A stretch of DNA of 64,000 nt. Source: Heptranchias perlo (lineage: Eukaryota). The position numbers and the translations under genes were made by a program. Positions 1 to 14,306 of this stretch are shown here, piece by piece; within the stretch, counting starts at the first letter, position 1; the number at the start of each line of letters is the position of its first letter. The notes below the pieces were generated by a model that was given only the letters and a program-made list of their open reading frames with translations, was not told the origin of the DNA and did not search any database. Where the stretch lies: assembly GCF_035084215.1 (NCBI RefSeq), contig NC_090328.1, forward strand, positions 127,286,001-127,350,000. Reading direction: 5' to 3'.

Positions 1-745
1 ACTTGCTCTCTGATTTTTCCTGCCAAAGTGCATAACCTCACATTTTCCAATATTGTATTGCATCTGCCAAATCTCCGCCCACTCACCCAGCCTGTCTATA
101 TCCCCCTGTAGGTTTTTTATGTCCTCCTCACTCTCCACTTTCCCTCCCATCTTTGTATCATCTGCAAACTTTGATACGTTACACTCGGTCCCCTCCTCCC
201 AATTGTTAATATAGATTGTAAAGAGTTGGGGACCCAGCACCGACCCGAGGAACACCACTGGCTACTGGTTGCCAGTCCGAGAATGAACCATTTATCCCAA
301 CTCTCTGCTTCCTGTTAGATAACCAATCCTCCACCCATGCCAGAATATTACCCCCAATCCAGTGATTCTTTATCTTGAGCAATAATCTTTTATGTGGCAC
401 CTTGTCGAATGCCTTCTGGAAGTCTAAATACACTACGTCCACTGGTTCCCCTTTATCCACCCTGTACGTTATGTCCTCAAAGAACTCAAGCAAATTTGTC
501 AGACATGACTTCCCCTTCGTAAAGCCATGCTGACTTTGTCCTATTAAATTATGTTTATCCAAATGTTCCGCTACTGTCTCCTTAATAATAGACTCCAAAA
601 TTTTACCCACCACAGATGTTAGGCTAACTGGTCTATAATTTCCAGCCTTCTGCCTACTACCCTTTTTAAATAAGGGTGTTACATTAGCAGTTTTCCAATC
701 TGCCGGGACCTTTGCCGAGTCCAGAGAATTTTGGAAAATTATTAC
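1..745 (-). mobile_element. CR1 LINE fragment (RT domain), runs off the window edge
   Basis: DWKTANVTPLFKKG, NYRPVSLTS, QHGF, YLDFQKAFDKVPH and SGVP motifs in ORF 206..877. Confidence 0.9.
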
Positions 746-972
746 CACCTGCACGTTCCCCTCCAAGTCACACACCATCCTGACTTGGAAATATATCGCC
801 TTTCCTTCATCGTCACTGGGTCGATCTTGGAACTCCCTACCTAACAGCACTGTGGGAGAACCTTCACAGCGGTTCAAGAAGGCGGTTCACCACCACCTTC
901 TCAAGGGCATTTAGGGATGGGCAATAAATGCTGGCCTTGTCAGCGACACCCACATCCCATGAACGAATAAAA
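746..972 (+). mobile_element. 3' fragment of LINE family B (same family as 51902-54937)
   Basis: Matches the 3' end of the long copy, ending CATCCCATGAACGAATAAAAA. Confidence 0.85.
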
Positions 973-2315
973 AGAAATTGTTTTTCTCAGAATATGCATG
1001 GTGAATTGATGGCTACAAAATTATTGATGGCAACATTGGTAACATTGATTCTGGTTAAGTGATTCAATATCAATTATATCAATTTACAATGAGGCATATC
1101 ATTTAAGACACAACATGTAAACGCAGGGGTAGAATTTCTGCGATGCTTCCCAATCTCCTGCCGTAAGGTTGGTGGAAGATCGGCGCAAACTCCAGAGAAA
1201 CAGAATAAATGGCCCTTTCTCTGGAATTTCTGTCAAAGTTACAGTGGGGTATGAGAAGAACCCCGCAAACATTACTGGCGACAATGTTTACCACTAGTTT
1301 GCATACTCCTTAGCATTCATAATGATGCCAGTATAAATATGAATCTTAATTAACTGACAGCATATTTATAAATACTTTACAGATATACAAGTGGGATTTT
1401 CATATATAATTCCGAAGTATTTCACTTTTTCTTTCTGCAGATCAACCGACATCACAACAATTCTAAGAAGAACTGATGTATCCTGATAAAACATGAGTAC
1501 CATCACAACCAGTACTAGCACCAGAGCAAGAGCACCAGAACATCCAAACACAATCTGCAAAGTCTCCACCCCAACAAGAGCACATGTTAGTGTATGAAAA
1601 TGGAATATGTCCAGGGAAAGAAATAAATGCAAGTGTACTCTTTAGCATCCAAATGACACGACACATTGCCACTTCCCCCTCTTTTTCAGGAAGGCCTCTG
1701 AACAAAATGTGGGAACAGCCCTTTAAGGTTGACTATGCAATAAAGCACGTGTGGTATGAACTCTGTCAACGTAAAAAGTGTGCTGCACTTGAGGATTCAA
1801 GAGATAAATGTCTATCGTGCCATCCTGGAACCCAGCTTTGAAGGACTTTAGTCTGCTCTGCATTTTAGTGTGACTGGAATAGGTGCTGGCCTGGAGGAAC
1901 CTATGTGTGGTGCTTTAGCCAACTTGGTGATGGCACGTGTCTACTCACATTGTTAATTTAACTGAGTGAGGGATAGCTTGTAGTTTGGTACAAGGGAAAA
2001 GATAGGATAATATTTTAGGTTGTGACATTTTGCCAGTACTCACATTTTGTGTGCTGATGAAGAGTCTCCACTTGAAAAATTAACATCTATTTTTTCATTC
2101 CAGATGCTGATGGATCTGTGTATAGTACCAGCTTTATTCTGCCTTTTTTCCCCAGATTTCTTTTTGTCTATGCAGCAGTACATGATTGATTGTAAAATGT
2201 ATGGACAGTCATCTCATACAGGGAGTTAATGCTATTGATCTCATGGTAACAATAATCCTCACAGTTGCTGGTAACATATTTGCAACGACCAAGAATGATT
2301 TTAGATCTGTGCATA

Positions 2316-3030
2316 ACTATCATAGTCATAGTATGGGACAGCAGAGGAGGAGGCCATTCAGCCCATCGTGCCTGTGTCGGCTCGTTGAAACAGCTATCCA
2401 ATTAGCCCCACTCCCCTGCTCTTTCCCCATAGACCTGTGAATTTTTAAGCTTCAATTCCCTTTTGAAAGTTACTATTGAATCTGCTTCCGCCACCCTTTC
2501 AGACTGTGCATTCCAGAACTCGCTGTGTAAAAAAATGTTTCCTCATGTCGCCTCTGGTTCTTTTGCCAATCACCTTAAATCTGTGTCCTCCGGTTACCGA
2601 CCTTTCTGCCACTGGAAACAGTTTCTCCTTATTTACTCCATCAAAACCATTCATGATTTTGAACACCTCCATCAAATCTCCCCTTAACTTTCTCTGCTCT
2701 AAGGAGAACACCACCAGTTCCTCCAGTCTCTCCACATAACTGAAGTCCCTCATCCCCGGTACCATTCTAGTAAATCTCTTCTGCATCCTCTAAGGCCTTG
2801 ACATCCTTCCTAAAGTGTGGTGCCCAGAATTGAACATAATACTCCAGCTGAGGCCTAACCAATGTTTTATATAGGTTTAGCATAACTTCCTTGCTTTTGT
2901 ACTCTATGCCTCTATTAGTAAGGCCAAGGATACCATATGCTTTGTTAACAGCCTTCTCAACTTGTCCTGCCACCTTCAAAGATTTGTGTACGTAAACCCT
3001 GAGGTCTCTTTGTTCCTGCATTCCCTTTAA
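2316..3030 (-). mobile_element. 5'-truncated CR1 LINE (RT C-terminus, 3'UTR)
   Basis: LYKTLVRPQLEYYVQFWAP and LRGDLMEVFKIM motifs; CR1-type 3'UTR with short repeat tail. Confidence 0.85.
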
Positions 3031-5699
3031 AATCGCATTCTCCTCAAATTGGCTGGATGGCTTATTTCAGTCATCACCATCCCGTAATAATTAGTTTAAT
3101 TGGCATTTGAATACTTGTATAGTGATGCATTATAGCAATGTTTAATTAACTTCAGAATGTACAAGTTTGTGGTCATCACCCCAAACAAGGTTAACACAAA
3201 ATAACCAACCCATCGTAAGCACTAAACAGATTGGTTCTGAAGATCTGTAGCCACTTTGGTGAAATTCAGCCTAGGACCTCGATATGCTATGTCCCAACCT
3301 AAAGTTGTTGATGGCCTGTTGGGTGTGGAATCTTCATCTGCCCCAAACATGGCCATCGGCGTAGTAGAAAGGGGGACTGGCAATAGGAACTCCCCAAGTC
3401 AGGTGTTGAGGCTTCAGGGCGCAGAAGAGGGAACTGACATATGGTTGGCAGACGTACTTCTGGTCAAACCAGGAGTACTTAGTCAAGCAAGGGCAGAAGT
3501 GTGGACCACCTGGAGGCCCAGACCGGCACAGAGACTTGGACCACTAAAAATAATTGCCTGAACTTCCCTAGAGGTTCTTATGCCATTTCTCTAGAATTTC
3601 CGCCGATCTTCTGCCAAAAATATGGCGGGAGATTGGGGAACCCCTGCATAAATTCAACCCTCATGTACTTATTTTTAATTGTACAGCGGCCCCCTTACAC
3701 ATGGGGCCATTGGGGGACAGCTTCATATTCTTTCTAGGGGGAGGGCCCTGATGCACACCTTCCACCACCACCTCCCAATTCCAGTGGGACCAACTTCGCC
3801 CGACTTTCTGGCCACCCTTGTAAGGCGGGCATCCTGGTTGCACTTCAATGGTATGAACCCCACCCCGCCATTGGAATTTTAATTACGCAACCGCCTGACC
3901 CCAGAAAGTTCAGCAGCGTCAGCAATGGAGGTACCCAGCAGGCACAATCCTGGAAAAAGTGCCGGGATCGCTGCCACCGTGGATCTTTGGCCTCATTATC
4001 CTTGTTTACTGCACAGTAATAGAAAGGACAGTGATGTGGTCTTTATTATCCCCAAAAGTGGATAATTAAAACAGATATTCTAGTTATCTCGAGTCATAGA
4101 TGTTCATCATGAAGATCTTAAAATTGATCTAAAATTTCAACACTGCCCTCAAGTGTACAAATGTAGACGTTACAAAGGATAACAGATAGAAAATGGACAA
4201 AAATAAAAACAGTTAAGGATTAATCTGAATAGGATTCAACTTTAGTTGCTTATTGACATTAAAATATTTATTTTTCTTATACTTTTTTCATTATACATTT
4301 ATCTTGCTGTTCTAAATTTATTTTGTCTCTGTCTCTTATTAAAACTTACTATGGTCCACAGATCCTATTGGCCTGGATTGTCCTCTGAATTACCACCCAT
4401 TTTGGGCCAGATTTGGGCTACTAACCACAGTAAAAATGTGTATTTAAAGGCTACTGCCTCAAAACTGCCACAAAAAAAATGCATCTGCATTCTCCTCACA
4501 AAAAATGCCACTTCCCTTTAGGGGTTGCCAGAAGCCTGCTCCACTGCATTTAAATGTAGTCAAGGTGGTCCAGCTAATCCCTCCACCCTATTCCCCTCCA
4601 TTTCTGCCCCCAAACCTACCCCAAATAATACCGCCGCTGTATCAGCAATGATAAGTGCTGCTGCAAGGCATCTTTGCAGTGGCTATTTTGTGTGCTGCTC
4701 CCAAAGATTGCCTGCTTAGTGATCTTTTAGTAGTTTAGGAGTTGAGCCAGGACTTCTGGCGTTACTTTCACTCAGCTCTGCTTAAAGTACAGCTTTTCAC
4801 TCTAGATACAGGTTTCTCAATGGGAATACATTTAATTTAATGTATGAAAAAGAGAAGAATTACAACATGCAAGAGGCTAGGTAAGAGTCAGACATCATGG
4901 AAAGTATCCCTTTCCTGAACATAGGCGTTCATTCACCAGAGTCTATAGTCCAAGAAGATCTTATTCAACCATCCTCACAACATGAGGAGGGTGCAGAAGA
5001 GGTGGAACAGGAGAGCCAGCAGCATGCTGCTGGAGAAAGGAGAGCACAATTGCTCACCAAAACATTTCACGAAATAGATGTTGATTCACCAAATAAAATC
5101 ACCTGCTTGTTCTCCCTTGCTCCACGCCGTTACATAATCCCTCACTTTCCAAGAACTCTGTCAAGGTCTTTCATAAAACAGAAGTCTACATTTCCCCTGC
5201 CATCATCCAATTCCCAAAAGTTGAAATCATACACAGGAATGAACTCACAACTCTATGTGATCAAGCTGACTTTAATTTAAACAAAAACATTCATTAGAAA
5301 GTCCTAACAAAATCAAACTATCTTTTGCAACTACTTCTTAACACCATGACTAATTTTATGCCAAATAATTTACTCACTCTAGTTACTTATCTACTACTCC
5401 TAACAAGTGTTGCCTGAGTGAGATATGGTTGAGCAGCAGATGACTGGGATGGTTCCCCAGGATATGAAACCTGAAGTGACTCTTGTTTCAGGGTAGCTGC
5501 TGTCCCAGGGGAAGCAACTGCCTGCAGCCTGGCACTTGCAGTAGCAAGGTGTGCTGGCCCCATATGTGAAGTTCATGTGGAAGCACTGAGGCGTGTTAAA
5601 TAAATGGGCTCACTGACGTTCTCCAGAGAGACAGTGACATCTGCACCCACTCCTTGCAGCCCACTGGTGCCGAACATACTTTCTGAGGTGCTCCCCAAA

Positions 5700-7528
5700 A
5701 GTGTTTTATAAATACATTAAGAGCAAGAGGATAACTAAGGAAAGAGCAGGGCCTATTAGAGACCAAAAAGATAACCTATGTGTGGAGGCGGAAGATGTTG
5801 GTATGGTTCTTAATATTTTGAATCTGTCTTCATAAAAGAGAGGGACGATGCAGACATTGTAGTTAAGGAGGAGGAGTTTGAAATATTGGATGGGATAAAC
5901 TTAGTGAGAGAGGAAATATTAAGGGGTTTAGCATCTTTGAAAGTGGATAAATCACCAGAGCCGGATGAAATGTATCCCAGGCTGTTAAAAGAAGCAAGAG
6001 AGGAAATAGCGGAAGCTCTGACCATCATTTCTCAATCTTCACTGGATACAGACGTGGTGCCGGAGGATTGGAGGACTGCTAACATTGTACCATTGTTTAA
6101 AAAGGGAGTGAAGGATAGACCGAGTAATTACAGGCCAGTCAGTCCAACCTCGGTGGTGGGTAAATTATCGGAATCAATTCTGAGGGATAGGACAAACCGT
6201 CGCTTAGAAAGGCACGGAGTAATCAAGGACAGTCAGCATGGATTTGTTAAGGGAAGGTCGTGTCTGACTAACTTGATTGAATTTTTTGAGGAGGTAACAA
6301 GGAGTGTCAATGAGGGTAGTGCATTTGATGTAGTCTACATGGGTTTTAGCAAGGTTTTTGATAAGGTCCCACATGGCAGACTGGTCAAAAAAGTACAAGT
6401 CCATGGGTTCCAAGGGAGAGTGGCAAGTTCGATCCAAAATTGGCTCACTGGCAGGAAGCAATGGGTAATGGTCGACGGGTGTTTTTGTGACTGGAAGGCT
6501 GTTTCCAGTGGGGTTCTGCAGGGCTCAGTACTAGGTCCCTTGCTTTTTGTGATATATATTGATGATTTGGACTTAAATGTAGGGGGCATAATTAAGAAGT
6601 TTACAGATGATACAAAAATTGGCCGTGTGGTTGAAAATGAGGAGGAAAGCTGCAGACTGCAGGAAGATATCAATGGACTGGTCAGGTGGGTAGAAAAGTG
6701 GCAAATGGAGTTCAATCCAGAGAAGTGTGAGGTAATGCATTTGGGGAGGGCAAACAAGGCAAGGGAGTACACAATAAATGGGAGGAGACTGAAAGGTGTA
6801 GAAGAAGTGAGGGACCTTGGAGTGCATGTCCACAGATCCCTGAAGGTAGCAGGACAGGTAGATAAGGTGGTTAAGAAGGCATATGGAATACTTCCCTTTA
6901 TTAGACGAGACATAGAATATAAGAGCAGGGAGGTTATGCTAGAACTGTATAAAACACTGGTTAGGCCACGGCTTGAGTACTGTGTACAGTTCTGGTCACC
7001 ACATTACAGGAAGGATGTAATTGCACTAAAGAGAGTACATAGGAGATTTACGAGGATATTGCCAGGACTGGAGAATTTTAGCTATGAGGAAAGATTGGAT
7101 AGGCTGGGGTTGTACTCTTTGGAACAAATGAGGCTGAGGGGTGATTTATTGAGGTGTACAAAATTATGAGGGGTCTAGATAGAGTGGATAGGAAGGACCT
7201 ATTTCCCTCAGTAGAGAGGTCAGTAACCAGCGGGCGTAGATTTAAAGTGATTGGTAGAAGGATTGGAGGGGAGCTGAGGAAAAAAATGTTCACCCAGAGG
7301 ATGGTGGGGGTCTGGAACTCACGGCCTGAAAGGGTGGTAGAGGCAGAAACCCTCAGCTCATTTAAAAAGTACCTGGATGTGCACTTGAAGTGCTGTGACC
7401 TACAAGGCTGTGGACCAAGTGCTGGAAAGTGGGATTAGGCTGGGTGGCTCATTTTCGGCCGGCGCGGGCACGATGGACTGAATGGCCTCCTTCTGTGCCG
7501 TAAATTTTCCATGATTCTATGATTCTAC
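5700..7528 (+). mobile_element. 5'-truncated CR1 LINE with largely intact RT (427-aa ORF 5886..7169)
   Basis: Full RT motif set; (ATTCTATG)n tail at ~7510-7527; candidate 9-bp TSD AAGTGTTTT at 5699-5707 and 7529-7537. Confidence 0.92.
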
Positions 7529-7539
7529 AAGTGTTTTGT

Positions 7540-9200
7540 TTAAAGCATCTATTGCAACACTGTTAGCTGCCATTCCTGAAGCCACCAATGTCTGAGAAGC
7601 TATTCCTGTTGTCTTGATGCTGCAGCAATATCCTGGGCAGTCACAGTCTCCAGCATGATTGGCAGGTCATGAGGAATTTCCTGCAATGTGTTGCAGATGC
7701 AGATAGTGGATTCTTCCCACTTATCAAACATCTGAACCACATTTGTAGAAATTGTCTCCACTCCTTCCACATCGGAACGATGCTCCCAAATTATTGTTCT
7801 TTTAAAGACGAGGCCTCTGAGATCAGGTTTCATATGCTCCTCAGCCGAAGGCAGTCGTTTCTGCCTTCTCCATAAAGGAAGGGCAATCTCCCTCTCTTCC
7901 ACTCCCAGGTCCTCATTCTTACCAGTACTCAGTGATTCACCCAGTGACAACCTTTCTGACAGTTAAACTAATTTCTCATTAGGGAGTGTCTCTGTCTTGG
8001 TACTTATGCAGTTAAGATGTCAGGACAGATGTCAGAATTGGTGAGGACATGGCAGCAGCTGTGAATCTGGAAGTGCCTGGCCTCTTCCTCCAAGGCAGCC
8101 CTCCCTCATGACGTGGAACAAAGAAGAGCTTGTTTAGCAGTGCACACAGTGACATTTGCTCTTAAAGAAATATCAGGTCAGTGTAAAGGCACTGCAATAC
8201 TTTGAGAAAGCACATGAAGCTGAAACTACATATGATGCACCTTGCCCAGCCTTTACCAACCTTCTCGTGCCAGCTCTCCTACAGGCTCTCCTGTACATCT
8301 GTCTATTGTCTAATGTCTCCTCTTTCTACAAACTCAGGGTTTTCGGTAATGATGTTCCTTCGGTGGGGCTGGTTGTATGCCACTTTTTCCTTTCAAGGAG
8401 AGAAGATGATGTTACAGGTCATGGAGAGTTGTCCCATATGAGATCATGCATACCATGATGATGAGAGGTAAAGATGCCTTGTCCTTTTAAATGATATGTC
8501 CTTGAAGACTAGCAGAAGTCCTTGTGGCAGATAAAGTGAGTTGAGAGAGTGGTTTTGAGTAAAGAAAGTGCTTGAGTTTTTGGAGAGGTTGCCCTTTGCA
8601 GAGGTAAATTTTCCTGATACCCAGATGCTGAGAGAGAAAAAAAGTATGATAGGTACGGAGGTGAATGAAGCTGAATTAGTGATAAAGGATGTGTATTGGC
8701 AGCAGAGCCTTGACTTATTTAAGCTACCCTTGCAAAGTCATTGAACTTCTTCCTGCATTTTGTGTTGGTTCTTGGGTGGGGGGAGGGGTAGGCGGGGGTG
8801 GTGGTTGCAATGACTAACTGTGTCACCACCCTCTAGACAGTCTGCATACTTCTCTTATATGGCCTCTTGCTTCAGTGCCCAGACGGTTCCTTCTGGTCCT
8901 CAATTGTGCCAGCTGGATCTTCACAGTTGTATTGAAATCTAGGGGCCCTTACAGCTCCTGACACCACCAAGGCTCCTGTACCTTCTGGCATCTTGCTGAA
9001 AAGGAATGCCATGGTGTAACTAGATGCAGCCTTTTAAAGGCTACATCAGAACTGTACTTCCCTCCCTCCCTCCCAGAGGTGGTAAGCCAATGAAGAGCAA
9101 TTTTCTGGCCTCAAAACCACCGTGCATGGCGAATGAGGGTTCTGGGCAGAAACTGTGGCAGGTTAGCAGTGGTTTCACATTGATAAGCACTAGGAACACC
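7540..9200 (-). mobile_element. Degraded PIF/Harbinger Myb/SANT-gene remnant
   Basis: Minus strand at ~8720-8762 reads KCRKKFNDFARVA, the same motif as the Myb/SANT remnants at ~16690 and ~42290; boundaries uncertain. Confidence 0.4.
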
Positions 9201-9487
9201 CCTTCCACATACCTGTCAACGAGAAAAGAATCCAGGCCGTTAGGTCAGTCATAGTTTGCTTTTTGTCAAAACAAGCATTGTTTTTCACATCACTCCACAG
9301 AGCTGGCAATTCATGTCACTATATTTCATTGACTGTCATACTCTTCATTTTGTGAAAACAAGCTCAACTTCCAACAGACTTTTGATAAAGTTCCACGCAA
9401 AAGATCATTTTACTAAACTCAAAGCAGTGGGATACAGGTTAACTTCTGGGAATGGAAAAAAAGACTGGCTGAAGGGTAAAAAACAAT

Positions 9488-11203
9488 GACCTAGAAATTA
9501 GGAGCATATTCCCACCCCGCACTCCCTGCGCAGAATACTTACCCTGCCCATGAATGGTAGGGTCAAAGGAGCCCCATATATTGAGCCTTGGACCTCATAT
9601 CCACACTAACAACGCAATGGAAGGCGGCCATGCAGCTAAGTGGTGGAAGTTCAGGCTGCTTTTAATGCCGCAGCGGTCCACAGGTAAGTGATGGCCTTGG
9701 TGGGAGCAATTGGTGGCCAGGCGGTGGGCTGGGGGGGTAGCGTAAGCCAGCAGGAGCCCACGGTATTGGTGATCTCAGGGCTGGGGGGCGCGGGAGGGGG
9801 GGGGGGGGAGGCGGGGGCGATGAGATCAGGGGTCGGGGAGCCTTTTTAAAAATTATTCGTTCATGGGATGTAGGCGTCGCTGGCAAGGCCAGCATTTATT
9901 GCCCATCCCTAATTGCCCTTGAGAAGGTGGTGGCGAGCTACCTTCTTGAACCGCTGTAGTCCGTGTGGTGAAGGTTCTCCCACAGTGCTGTTAGGTAGGG
10001 AGTTCCAGGATTTTGACCCAGCGACGATGAAGGAACGGCGATATATTTCCAAGTCATGATGGTGTGTGACTTGGAGGGGAACGTGCAGGTGGTGGTGTTC
10101 CCATGCACCTGCTACCCATGTCCTTCTATGTGGTAGAGGTCATGGGTTTGGGAAGTGCACCGTGGCTGCAGTGCATCTTGTAGATAGTACACACTGCAGC
10201 CACGGTGCGCCAGTGATGGAGCGAGTGAATGTTTAAGGTGGTGGATGGGGTGCCAATCAAGCGAGCTGCTTTGTCCTGGATGGTGTCGAGCTTCTTGAGT
10301 GTTGTTGGAGCTGCACTCATCCAGGTAAATGGACAGTATTCCAATCACACTCCTGATTTGTGCCTTGTAGATGGTGGAAAGGCTTTGAGGAGTCAGGAGA
10401 TGAGTCACTTGCCGCAGAATACCCAGCCTCCGACCTGCTCTTGTAGCCACAGTTTTTATGTGGCTGGTCCAGTTAAGTTTCTGGTCAATGGTAACTCCCA
10501 GGATGTTGATGGTGGGGAATTCAGTGATGGTAATGCCGTTGAATGTCAAGGGGAAGTGGTTAGACTCTCTCTTGTGGGAGATGGTCAATGCCTGGCACTT
10601 GTCAGGCGCAAATGTTACTTGCCACTTATGAGCCCAAGCCTGGATGTTGTCCAGGTCTTGCTGCATGCGGGCACGGACTGCTTCATTATCTGAGGGGTTG
10701 CGAATGGAACCTGGCGGTCAGGGCTGGGGAGTGAGGGAGATGGGGGACCAGAGTAGGAAGGAGATTGGGGGTTGGGGCCAGGTAGCCTACAGGTCGGAGG
10801 TCGGGGATCTCTGGGCCGGGAGCATCGTCAATCGGGTGGGGTTTTCATGTGTGGTTGGGAGGTGCACCCCTGCTCTTTCCAGATCCATATCAAGGTAAGT
10901 AACTTACCTTTTCTCGTCGCAGGCATTCTGCAGGATTGGTTTCCCCGACTGCATCTTGCAAAGGTGCTGGCTGCCTCAGGGCTAACCAATTTTGCAGCGA
11001 GGACCTCAAGCAGGCATTCGGTCCGTCGTTTGCAAATCCAAGGGCCTAATATCTGCCTCAGGCGTGGGCAAAGGACACCTCCTGTTTGTCCTTACCTATT
11101 ATGACGCAGTTCTGGTCGGAAGTGTGCATGCACTTCCTGCCTGCTATTTTGGGGACTTCGGAGGCCATGAGAAACAGACGCTACGTGGCCCAATTTCTAG
11201 ACC
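9488..11203. mobile_element. GC-rich MITE/non-autonomous DNA transposon interrupted by a family-B LINE
   Basis: Imperfect terminal inverted repeats GACCTAGAAATTAGG / CCCAATTTCTAGACC, similar to those of 19316-20021. Confidence 0.55.
9848..10710 (-). mobile_element. 5'-truncated LINE family B copy
   Basis: MQQDLDNIQAWAHKWQVTFAPDKCQ and AAPTTLKKLDTIQDKAARLIG, near-identical to ORF 51966..53453. Confidence 0.9.
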
Positions 11204-11224
11204 AATGAGTACTTGTTAAAGGAG

Positions 11225-12500
11225 TTATGCCAGACTGGGGAGAATTACTGAGTTGGGTGGCTCAGGGCTCGATGCTGGGATCGTGACTAATTACAATTTT
11301 CATAAATGAAACTCAATACAAAGTGGTCAAATTTGCAGAAGATACCAAACTAGAAGAGGAGTGGAATCAGAAGAGGCAGGTCACAAATGACAAAATGAGT
11401 TGGACAAGATATGTGAATGAGCAGAACAGTCGCAGATGAAATTTAATGCAGACAAGTATAAAGTGCCACACATAGGAAGGAAAAAGTAGACAACATGTGT
11501 ACTCCATGAATGGCGTTGAAGTAACTAGGAATGAAGAGATCTAGGAGTCTTAGTAGACTTGACACTAAACATGTCCAACCAATGCAGCAATCAACAAAGC
11601 CAATCGGATATTGAACTACATAGACAAAACAGTAGAATATAAAGTCAGAGGAGATAGTAATCAAAATGGAGCTTCCTGGTCAGAATACTGCCTCTAATAT
11701 TGTATCCAGTTCGAGTTGCCAAGCAACAACAGAAATATTCAAGTGTTGAAGCAGTGCAGAGATGAGCTATGAGACTGATCCCTAGAATCAGGGGTATGAG
11801 TTATGAAGAAACACTAAAGAATTTGGGCTATTTAACATAGAAAGAAGGCATCTGAGTGGTGATTTTATAGAGCTTTATAAAATAGTTAAGGGGATAGAAA
11901 AAGTTAACTGAGAACGTTCCATTAAATTAAACTGTCGAATAGAAGTAGTCGACAGTTCAACCTAGTAAACAGCAATTTTAAGAATTATATAAAGAAATTC
12001 TTTTCTGCACAGAGTACTGTTGTTTTTGTATCTTCATACTCTTCCCTTGGAGAAGGAAGGATTTGCAGGCTTATTAACAGTCTGGCAGGCTACGATATGA
12101 AAGCTACTTCCACAGCCGTAACTATCCTTGTAACAGCCGACAGTCCTATACAGGAGGAAGGCTTTATGGGCTCCCACAACCCTTACAATGAGGGGGAGCT
12201 TCCCTCACCCGCTGGACGCGAGGGTCCGGCTGGATGTCAACCCAGATTTCAGAGCTGGAGCTGCAGTCTCTACTCGCCAGGATTACCTGGAATCGGATTC
12301 AAACCCTACCAATTCTGACTCAGAGGCGGAAACGCGCCAACTAAGCCATCGGCTCACTCCACAACGGATGTTGAACATGTGGAATAACCATCCAGATGCA
12401 GTAGTGGAGGCAAGAGCCCTAGAATCATTCAACAAACAATGTTGAAATTTTAGGATCTCTCTGAATGGATATTAAGACAAGCCAAATGGACTTCCATAAT
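11225..12500 (+). mobile_element. Old degraded CR1 fragment split by a SINE
   Basis: Decayed QGSMLG, KFAEDTKL and FNADKYKV motifs; CR1 3' sequence resumes at ~12361. Confidence 0.65.
12017..12357 (-). mobile_element. tRNA-derived SINE
   Basis: Minus strand has A box TGGCTTAGTTGG, B box GGTTTGAATCC and an A-rich CAA tail at ~12017-12030. Confidence 0.65.
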
Positions 12501-14306
12501 TATCTTGTGAACTTGCGATTTCTCAGAAAATGTTAATGGTTCTAATGGTCTGATCTCATGTTACTGCATCTACTTTTGATGGTTCCTGAAAAGTCACATT
12601 ACATGAGAGTAAATGCACCAAGGTGTTGATAGAATTCAGGAAAATTTGGGTGAATTCTCAGTGTGCAAAATAAAGAGGATGAATAAAACTTACATTTTAA
12701 CTGCTTGCATGACAAAAGTGCACAATATTAAAACACAAGTATACAACACCAACATGCATAGCCCCCACTTATAATTTGTAACAATATTAACATAAATAAG
12801 GAAATTTAGGCAACTCAAATGTATTTTCAATTTATGTAAAAATATTGCTCTCTAGGGTAATTGTCATTATAAAGACCAACATGAGTTTCAGACAATTAAA
12901 AGCAATTCACTGCCTGATCATTTGTAAATCGAGCATTGCTATCTTCTTAAATGATTTTCAGAAAACATTATCATTTGAATAATACAGTTGCTGGTATTAT
13001 TGATGAGCCAACAGTTGCTTGTACCAATGATGAGATAATTATGTTTTCCAGGCATATCTTTACGTGCATTTATCCTTACACGTATGCATAATCTGAATTA
13101 ATTTCAGTTTAATGTTTAATGGAGATTGTAAACCTCAACATTGGAAGATACTTTGACTGACAGACTATTAGAAGCTCTTCAACCATCAGTACACTTCTAC
13201 AAGGATTCTCCAAAAATGTTCTGATGAAATGAATACTGATCCATTTTAAGTTTAATACTTAGATTTGTGCATTGCACATTTATGGACCAATTGCAACGCT
13301 ATCTTAACTGTCTTCAGACAGTGTGTATGCTTATGAATTTTAAAAATTGCATTTGCACAAATATCTCCATTTGCACAAATAATTCCTTCTAAATTAAAAG
13401 TGTAAATACAAATTGTAAATTCTCGTTACAAATCCGTTGAACCTCAATCCAAATGTTTTGAATGTGCTTGCTCATCACATACCCACAATGGTTGTCATGG
13501 AAACTATGACCCTCTGATGCTTTTTCACATTATGCACGAGCACAAACAATCAAGTTGCACCTTTTCTTTTAATGCAAATTATAAAATTTATGTAGGAATA
13601 TGTAGTCAAAATATGAAACAAAAATGTATTCATGTGCAGAAATTTGGCAGAAAATCACAAATAACAGGGGCGATTTTAACCCTACCCGCCCAGGTTACTT
13701 ACCAGCTCTGGAGACGCTGGGAGCCGACCATTCGCAATTTTAACCTACTGAGCAGGCAACATGGACACCCACCAAAAACCGGTGGAACACTTTTTTATAT
13801 ATGCCGTATTGGCTTTCCCGCCAGGTGAAGACAGCAGGGAAGAGGATTGGGGCAGGAAGAGGCCCAAACCGGTAAGGTTTTTTACTTTCCTTGTGGGGCC
13901 AAGATGAGCTCCTGTTCATCTTCATCACCATCACCTGGCAGTGGTGTTCTATTGATCTCTTCCTGCCAATTAGGATTGCAAAGTTGGGTAGCATTCAGCA
14001 GATCATGCTGATCCTGGGGCCTTGCTGATTATAGCGGTATGTCATCTGAACTGTCAAGGCATCTCAAGTGCTGCTGTGTGTTCAATAATGACTCTGCTCT
14101 TGCACCTGTTTACAGGTGTTGTAGATGTGCTATTATCTATGGCTCAAGAGCATATCCTTAATCTCAGAGAAAGCAACACTTTGTAATGGGGACATGATGA
14201 ATTGCCTTACAATTGAGGCATCATAACTACTGTCTATGAAATGGGCATTGATCTTGGTAACCCTGTGCTGATGGTCATAGACAAGCTGAATGTTGACAGA
14301 GTGTTA

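Noticed and set aside
206-877. 223-aa ORF with novel N-terminus plus RT
   Set aside because: Chimera of the antisense strand of a family-B fragment and an abutting CR1 RT fragment, joined at ~745.
6335-6913. Long antisense ORFs over LINE RT regions (also 29187..29705, 45613..45963, 52350..52766)
   Set aside because: Shadow frames of LINE coding sequence, recurring in each copy, with no independent gene evidence.
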